From the NCBI GenBank assembly GCA_000091205.1, contig AP006502.2: DNA of 64,000 nucleotides; one strand, written 5' to 3'. Below the pieces are notes generated by a model. That model searched no databases. It had not been told where the DNA came from and worked only from the letters and a program-made list of their open reading frames with translations. This stretch comes from Cyanidioschyzon merolae (taxonomy: Eukaryota). Positions 56,816 through 64,000 of this stretch are shown here, one piece after another (positions within the stretch are counted from its first letter, which is position 1; every line of letters starts with the position of its first letter). The position numbers and the translations under genes are program-made.

Positions 56816-58656
56816 TTTCATCGTTCTTGTATGTATTGTCGGTGCTCCTTTGGTAGCAGCGCTATTTTTGGTCGTAGACAGGTCATCCAGCATATCCATC
56901 ACACTTACTACTGCGAAAGTCGCCTTGTGGATCGTGAACACAATCCTCATCGCTCGGTTCATGCCCTTGACCGGTACAGAGAGCTCACTTTGATGGCCTC
57001 ATTCGTTTTTACATCCAGTGTGGTACTCTATGGTGACGGGCGTGTTGTGAGCCATTCCTTCGGCAAGTACTCAGTTGGCTGCACGTGCAAAGCACATGTT
57101 ATTCCATCCGATTGAGGATTCGTGGAATGCAATGCTGTCCACAATGAAACAAGTGCGGAAAGGAAAATATACCCTTGAGAAGAAGTCGAGAAATCTCGAT
57201 CCATCTCTGCAGCCTTCATACAAAGAGGTGATGCACGCTCCACTGGAAGCGATCACCGCGGGGATTGCATTGCGAATCAAAACCACTACTTTCGTACCAA
57301 GGAAAGAGACGAGAGCATCTGTGATCATATCTCGTGAGAGATACAATTCTGCTATCGAATGGCTTTTCGTGAATTACCGCAACGAGAGGAGTGCTTGTCT
57401 TTAGACCTGCGTTGAGTTTGTTGACCGGAGAAGATCCATGATCTCTAGGCATGGGCTTGTGAAGAACTCATCAAGAGACGACACTGAGGTTCGCTCCTCG
57501 TCAACCAATGGCGCGAATCGCTGCGCCCAGATGTGACAGTGAAACGGAAAGATCGAAAAATGGACGAGTTCGGGATTGGAGCACCCCACACACGTACGGA
57601 AAGGACGTGCGTTGGGTCTTGCACGCACGAATTGGATAATCATATCGGTTATTTTACGTACCCTGGTTTGATTGCGTCGCGAATCATCCCGTTGCCAGTG
57701 GAGTAACGAATTCCAGCGGCACAGCGACGCAGGAACCACTAAGAAACGCCGGCCGAGAATCCTAAAATTACGTATGGATCCGAATTCTCGAATTGCTACG
57801 TTTCGAAGATCTTGGCTGTATACTTAAAATCTCTGGAACAATCGAAAAGCATGAACAGAGCGAAGAGTCGAGTGTTTCATATCAATCTGACCGGGATATA
57901 GTTTTTAGCGCTAGTTTTAGGCCATTGTGGTTTCTTCAGCTTGCCGTGCATCGGCAGACATCACCTCTGCTCATTATCTCATTGATTGCTTACGCTTTAG
58001 CTCATAAGAATTACAAGCCCAAGCACATACCTACCCCGTCGAGTCGATGTTTGATGAAAGTGTTTCGCATACACGAGAGATGCTGCGAGATAAATGCGCA
58101 GGCGGGCGCTCTTTCGAAAGCCCTCGGGAAACGAGTGTTCCCTCACAGCCCACAAGTATCTCCTTGAATCCTCGTCTGACAGCATTATGCTTCCGAAATC
58201 GTCGACGCCTTCCAATATCTCCGGGTATTTGAGTCGATTTTCAGCACAGAGGTGTACCGCGAAATTGCTTCTCGCAACGTGACGTCTCGTATGCAATTCG
58301 TGGAAAAGCAGGGACGGTCTTCACCCCTGGCCTTGACGATCATCTACTCACGCTGTCAATCCAGCTCTGTTTCAAACTCGAGTTATGTCCCAAAATATGC
58401 AAACCCTACTCTGTTCGGTCGTCGCCTCCGTGCCCACATAGTTAGCGACGCTTCCGCATCGCTTGGGCATGCGGCTCCGCGGGAACGCGATCGATTTGAT
58501 TGGATCGCGCGCTGGCCCCATGGCCTGGGGTGCTCCCTGGGAATAAAACGATGCTGTATGCAGACTCGGAACCTCGATCGCAGACGGATAAAGTGACAAA
58601 TGCCCGCGTAGGATCAACACGTTAGTACGTTCTTTAACATCCCGTAGCGCGTTTCG

Positions 58657-59394
58657 TTGCTCGGTTTTTTATTCTTGACTCGCGTGAGCATGGCGACGAC
58701 CGAGGACGAAGCGCGAACGCTTTTGGAACGTTTTCGCACGCACCTTGAAACGTTAAAGAGGGCTTCGCTTCGGGATGCCGTAGAACAGGCACCGGAAAAC
58801 TGTCAAGATAGTTCTCGGAAGGACGTTTCGCGTGATGGCGTCGAGTCGATACCAGCGGTTGCACAGTGGCCTGACGGTGTAAAGTGCGCGCACGAGCTGC
58901 ACATGCTTGCCGTATTGCACCAGCAGCTTGCGGAACACTTCTACTCGAGCCTGAGTCGTCTTAGGGATACTCTAGGCAGAGTTGAGCTGCTCCAGCTTGA
59001 GCGATCCGCACTTGAGTACCAAATAGAGCGCTTCAGGGAGCGGCGGCTGTATGTGGAGAGCCAACGCGCGGCCGCGAAAACCATCCAGATCTTAGGCGGC
59101 AGCGGGGCGAAGCCGGAAAACGCAGCTGTTCTGAAAGAGGAGTTGCAAGCGGAGCTAGCGTCTCGTGAAAAACTGGCGGCCGAGCTCGCGGAGCTTGGTC
59201 TACAGATCGAAGAAGCGAGGAGGCGCCAGATAACTGACGAGCAGCGGATCCAGGCCTGTGTCCCTGCCCATGCGGAACTCGAACGTCTCGTGCAAGCTCT
59301 TTGCAGAAGCCTAACTGCTGAGCATTCCGATGAGGTGGCTGAAATTTCCACTGGAATGGAGCTTGGTTGTGCGAACGAGAAGTCTCAAGGCTAG
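58657..59394 (+). CDS. Hypothetical coiled-coil protein (245 aa)
   Basis: ORF rich in heptad-like E/R/L/A repeats (LQLERSALEYQIERFRERRLYVESQRAAAK...ELASREKLAAELAELGLQIEEARRRQ). Confidence 0.4.
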   Translation: MLGFLFLTRVSMATTEDEARTLLERFRTHLETLKRASLRDAVEQAPENCQDSSRKDVSRDGVESIPAVAQWPDGVKCAHELHMLAVLHQQLAEHFYSSLSRLRDTLGRVELLQLERSALEYQIERFRERRLYVESQRAAAKTIQILGGSGAKPENAAVLKEELQAELASREKLAAELAELGLQIEEARRRQITDEQRIQACVPAHAELERLVQALCRSLTAEHSDEVAEISTGMELGCANEKSQG

Positions 59395-60899
59395 ATTCCG
59401 GAACCTGCCGGGGATAGACGGCTTACCCTACTGGACATGCGCTGTCAGTGTGGGTCGGGATTTGCGGCTGCGATGACCTGCAACTGCTGGAGGGTGCATT
59501 TCGACCATGCACGGTCCAAACACAATCGTATTCAGCGGGGCTCTGGATAGCAAACAGTGCCTCGCAAGCAACAGACGTTGTTGGTTCGGGGACGACTCTA
59601 AAGGACCGCTGGCATCTAGACATTGCTGGAATGGACAGGCCCAGCAGTTTTGCTCCGCGTGGCACCAAGCTAATCCTAGCAGCACGTAAGCTTGTGCTCG
59701 AGTCATTTTGGGAGCTTTGACGTGGCAGGACTTGGGAACTCGGCGACGCAGCGTGTTTCGGACTGGGCTCCTGGGCGTCGCCACCGGGAAGCACACAGGC
59801 ACTGCAATCAGAACTTGTGCCGCTTAGCACTGAAGCGATTATTTGTGCGATCAGGGTAGACGCGGTCGCGGGCCCCATACTGCATACGCCAAAGATACAA
59901 GGCCAATCATCGATGTTGAACTCGATGATGAAGCATGCATCTATGCGTATCGAGACACGATGTGCATGCGCCTTTAGCAGCTGCAGACAGCACGCGCTCG
60001 CGATGCGTGCGACGAACATGCGTGCACGCCTCGGAGACACGTGTCCTTCATCTGGAGGTGCCGACGCCGTGCAGCATCACCAGAGCACGTGCCTATGTTG
60101 CGCACCGTTGTCGATGCAAGTGTCGATTGGCGAACAGTACTAGTTGGCCGCGGCTTTGGGAGCAAGCCATTAGGGCGAATGGCACACCCTGAGCGCTCGC
60201 GGCCAAAGCTTTTGGCGGGCTTTAGAACGGAACAAAATGACTGGGACAGAAGCGAAAACCCCGGTGACGGTTTGCATGTCATAGTATACGTGCAGGTGCG
60301 TTGAAACTTAAAAGCTTGCGATAACTCCTTTAACTTGGAGTAACCGCCGAATTCTCTTGCATATAGCGTTCGATTTCCATATCGAGTTCCGCTGTTGATT
60401 TGGTGGTTTTCGCTTCTTTCTGTTGACGTTTTCGACCTTTGCGCTCGGAGCGCGGAGTCCCATCCTTGCCGCGCCGTGGTTTCTTTTCTTTCTGAACTTT
60501 TCGTGGCTTTTCGATGACATGGCTTTGGACACCAGCCTTCGACTTGGTCGGACGACGCTTTTTCTTTGCCTTTCTCTTGGAGTCAGCGCTCTGAGAAAAG
60601 CGCTCGTTCAAGCTTGGCGTTACTTTTGCGGGCTGCCTCGGGGATACCGCCCCACTCTTGTTACCCTCCAAAGCGAATTCTGTTCCACGTAAAGGCATGA
60701 CACTCGACCTGAATCCAGCTTCTGCGTTTCCTCCACAGTCGCTCGACTGCTGCCTGTTGAACGCGTCCACAGAGACCTGTCGTTGCAAGTCGCGCGCAGC
60801 ACTCGTAGGCAGTGCAAGCATCTTGCGCGTATCGACGACGACGTGCTTGCGAGCGCTTCCTCGTGTCCAGGTGCGGTCGTTGTGTTGAACGTTGCCGTC

Positions 60900-61946
60900 A
60901 TGCAGAACGATGACGTTATCTGGTCGCTCATTGGTAATAAGAGGTTTTGTCGCTACAAGGTGAAAACGAGGAGACAACAAGAGAACTTCTGCCTGAACGA
61001 GTATAACGTCACCGGCATGTGCAGCCGGCAGTCCTGCCCTTTGGCGAACTCGCGGTACGCCACTATTCGGGAAGCCGCCGACGGCAGACTCTATCTTTTC
61101 ATCAAGACGATCGAGCGGGCGCACATGCCTCGTAAGCTTTGGCAGAAGATTCGTCTATCTGGATCGTATACGAAAGCACTTTCCCAGATAGACGAGCACC
61201 TAGCGATGTGGCCCAAGTTTCTTGTTCATCGTGCGAAACAGCGACTCACGAAGCTCACACAGTATCTCATCCGAAAACAGCGTCTAGAATCCGTAGAGAA
61301 AACACAACTGTTGCCCGTGAAAAAGAAGGTTGAGCGGAGAGAGCGGAAACAAGAGCAGCGCGCTCTTGACGCCGCCAAGCTGAGCCTCACGATAGAGAAC
61401 GAGCTGTTGGCGCGGCTCAAACAGGGCAAGTACGGAGAGATCTTTAACTTTGCACAAAAGGAATTTGAGCACGTCATGGAACAAGAGGCGGAGCCGCTGG
61501 AGCTTGAGCGAGATCTCGACCGTAGCTACTTTGAGCCGCTGTACGAGTCCAGCGATGAGGAGGCGGTGTTCGGTGCAGGCGACGACAGCGACGTGCCGGG
61601 CACCTACGCAAACGCAGCCCCGCCAGACGATGAAGAAGCTTCATGGTCTGATGGTTCCGCAATGGATGACGTTCCCTCTGATTCAGCTGACGAAGACTGG
61701 AGCCCAGCTCCCGATCTGGAAGACCTGCCTCATCCAGCAGATCGAAACGCCTCGACCTTCTACTTCGATGAGGCCTCTGACTCCACAGAAGCTGATGAGC
61801 GATTACCGACAAGACCAACGCCGGTTCAGCGTGCTCGTGTCGCTCAGGAAGCGAGCCGACGAAGAAAGACGAAAGCATCATCGTCTAGGCACCGGAAGCA
61901 ATTCGAGACCGAATTCGAATTTGAGCGAGAACTCGAGCCTCTCTGA
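60900..61946 (+). CDS. MAK16: Ribosome-biogenesis protein MAK16
   Basis: MQNDDVIWSLIGNKRFCRYKV...NFCLNEYNVTGMCSRQSCPLANSRYATIREAADGRLYLFIKTIERAHMPRKLW...YTKALSQIDEHLAMWPKF...KQRLTKLTQ, followed by an acidic tail, is collinear with yeast and human MAK16. The listed ORF starts 39 codons earlier at 60783, but that extension is not conserved. Confidence 0.88.
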   Translation: MQNDDVIWSLIGNKRFCRYKVKTRRQQENFCLNEYNVTGMCSRQSCPLANSRYATIREAADGRLYLFIKTIERAHMPRKLWQKIRLSGSYTKALSQIDEHLAMWPKFLVHRAKQRLTKLTQYLIRKQRLESVEKTQLLPVKKKVERRERKQEQRALDAAKLSLTIENELLARLKQGKYGEIFNFAQKEFEHVMEQEAEPLELERDLDRSYFEPLYESSDEEAVFGAGDDSDVPGTYANAAPPDDEEASWSDGSAMDDVPSDSADEDWSPAPDLEDLPHPADRNASTFYFDEASDSTEADERLPTRPTPVQRARVAQEASRRRKTKASSSRHRKQFETEFEFERELEPL

Positions 61947-62863
61947 AGAACGCACGCTAAAACATGCAGTGCTATCAAAAGTATACAGCGCTCGTCTATT
62001 CCAAAGCTATGGAAAAGCAAGCGTTGGTTTTGAATCGCGTGCTGCACAGATCCACCGCAGTCAGAAGGTTCCCGCTAAAAGGAAGCAAAATAACGCGATC
62101 GACAAGGCGATGGACTCAAATCTATCCACGACAACATATGCTTTGGGGGATACTTTGGGAAACTGCCCGACTTGCACCACAGCAACAATGCGTCTGCAAG
62201 GTTCTGCGTCACTCGAACTGCAGACGTCCATTGGTGCTTTGAACGAAGGCGCCGCATCGACGCTAACGCGCCCTCATACAATCCGCAAGAACACGTGCCG
62301 AACGTCTTGGAAAGCACGTGAGACACCAGAACGCGACCATGGTGGCGCTGCACAGGTCGCTATCCGGCGCTAGACGTGAAACCACACCGCATGCAGCGCG
62401 TGGACGAGGCGGGGCCGCACAACGCTCGTCCCTAAAACCGGCTACAGACTTTCCACGTATGACTTGCAGCACATCAAGACTCAAGGAATCAAGTTTTTCA
62501 CATTTTAGAGGGCGCTGAAAACACAGCGGATGTCCCTATGAACTTGCACGAGCTGGCGTGCAGGCACGCAACGAACGTCGTGCATGCACCAAAGCACCCT
62601 CTACTCCAAAAGCGCTCACCGTCTACACGCTCTCATAACTGACCCGACACGCTTCTCCTTCCCGGTGTGGTCAACAGCATCACTCGAGGATGAATGGAAA
62701 GAAAGCGTTCGATCCCAGGAAAAAGGCGCCGTTTTGCCACGAAGCTGCCGCAGCGACCCAGCATGCCATCATTTGACCGATTTTTCCCTCAACGACGGCG
62801 TTGTGGCGCTATTCGCGCGCGAAAACTTTCTGACCCATAGGCTTTGTCATGCGTGCCTCGGTC

Positions 62864-64000
62864 TGAATGAGTACTTTGGAAAAGTTTCTCGCTGAGCTTG
62901 ATAAAATTTCAGGAACTGCACAGAATTCAATCGTTCCAGATTTTCTCGCTGGTCCAGGACAAGTCGCGCTTGAGAGCGCGCCGGCGCCGCCAGACTCGTC
63001 GTCGTTTGGAGCTGCGCCAGCGCCTGCACCCGAGGCGCCTCTTGGCAGGAACGCGACCTCCGTACGAACAGGTGCTCGAGAACTGGAGCGGTCACTGCTT
63101 CAGTCCGCAGAAAAAACGGAAACTGGTGTGTCTCTCTCGTCGTCCAGCGCTTGCGGTGAGCCGAGTTCGCGCGACGAGGTAGCGCAGGCGTTGCGCGCCC
63201 TTGTGGAACGCCTTCGCCTGAGCGGTACGCTTTCAGAACCGCCGGACAACGGCATCCTGAAGACCCGCACAGCCTCAATAGCACCTACGCAACGAGAGCA
63301 GGTATCCCCTGGAGACAGCGCAGGTGCTGCATCAAGCGCACCGGCGTATATCGCTAGCAACGAGGCTGGGACTTGTCCAAACGATGCGACAACGACGGAG
63401 CAGGACGCGCTGGCTCTTCAGCTTGCAGCTGTACAGCACCAGGCAACGCTTCTGCACAGGGAGTGCGCTTGGGTTCAGCGTTTATGTGACGACCTGAGTC
63501 GGGAGCTATCGGAAGAGCGGCAGCGCCGACTTGTTGCCGAAGAGCGAGCACGTCAGCTTGCCGAACAGCTTGAGGAGCTCTACGACGAAAGCGTTCGACA
63601 AGCCCGTTCACTACGGCTGCAATTCGAGGACGCCCTTGAACAAGAGCGGGAAACCATCCGCACACTCGAGGCTGAACTCGCGGATCACCGGCGACTCGCG
63701 GAGAACGTTGGCGACACCGGGGAGCGCCTCGACCATACGCGGACACAGCCCAGTTCCCGGACCAGCACAGGTGTTGATGCAAGCTCCGTGGCGGCACCAG
63801 AGAAGACAACGGTGATCGTCGCAGAAAAACTCTGCCAAACAGAGCCTGTATGGAAGATGGATGCTGCATGTATGACGGATGAAGCGCAGGCCGAGCTCGC
63901 CGGTAAAGCGATGGCCGTCGACCGACCGCCGTTGAAAGAAGCTTACTATCGGACACAATTGTCGGAACGCTCGGAAGCTGAAAATCCCGCGCAAGAAGAC
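62864..64000 (+). CDS. Hypothetical coiled-coil protein, 3' end beyond the window (not in the ORF track because no stop is reached)
   Basis: Frame-2 is open from ATG 62864 to the window end (379 codons). Heptad-rich segment LSEERQRRLVAEERARQLAEQLEELYDESVRQARSLRLQFEDALEQERETIRTLEAELADHRRL. Confidence 0.45.

Noticed and set aside
60330-61124. 264-aa minus-strand ORF as a whole
   Set aside because: Its N-terminal 110 codons are antisense to the highly conserved MAK16 N-terminus. Only the distal basic tail might be real (see findings).
61450-62373. 307-aa + strand ORF
   Set aside because: It overlaps the conserved acidic C-terminal half of MAK16 in another frame. The composition is R/S/T-rich.
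1-64000. Prokaryotic operon or defence-island interpretation of the window
   Set aside because: Every recognisable product (CCT subunits, eIF1, MAK16, LKB1, AGC kinase, SMPD4-like, PCI protein) is eukaryote-specific. Genes are monocistronic on alternating strands with kb-scale spacers.

Overview
This window reads as eukaryotic nuclear DNA from a compact, intron-poor genome (GC roughly mid-50s %). Genes lie on both strands as single long ORFs about every 3 kb. The recognisable products are all eukaryotic housekeeping proteins.

Confident calls are the two CCT chaperonin subunits (theta and beta), eIF1/SUI1, MAK16, a true LKB1/STK11-type kinase, an AGC-VIII/Fpk1-type kinase, a PHO84-family phosphate transporter, mitochondrial ribosomal protein uS2m, an ABHD11-like hydrolase, glucose-6-phosphate 1-epimerase, an SMPD4-like tail-anchored protein, the C-terminus of oligoribonuclease cut by the window start, and a PCI-domain protein. 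So this is not a prokaryotic defence or operon locus. The organism cannot be assigned from sequence alone. A protist or algal lineage with few introns is plausible, and the bona fide LKB1 argues against Dikarya fungi.

The most interesting content is repetitive or mobile:
- A family of TnpB/Fanzor-like (IS605 OrfB-like) DNA elements, recognised by decayed C-terminal zinc-finger plus RuvC-III 'NRDxNAAxNI' peptides. There are two long copies of about 1.4 kb (13.75-15.2 kb on +, 49.4-50.8 kb on -) and two internally deleted copies of about 0.5 kb (39.0-39.5 kb on -, 50.9-51.4 kb on +). All share a highly conserved 3' module ending in a TATATA-rich terminus. A fifth, more diverged relic ('LNAAINILR') sits at 7.07-7.22 kb.
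- A 99.6 %-identical 1,517-bp direct repeat (20509-22025 and 25154-26670) brackets the LKB1 gene, in an R-U-R arrangement 4,645 bp apart.
- Two further low-copy dispersed repeats: about 190 bp upstream of the PCI-protein and eIF1 genes, and about 260 bp at 51.4 and 56.6 kb.
- A perfect 60-bp tandem duplication, and a (CTG)9 microsatellite encoding polyQ in a small two-TM ORF.

Several 2-4 kb stretches lack an intronless ORF but contain protein-like fragments, so they may hold intron-containing or decayed genes.
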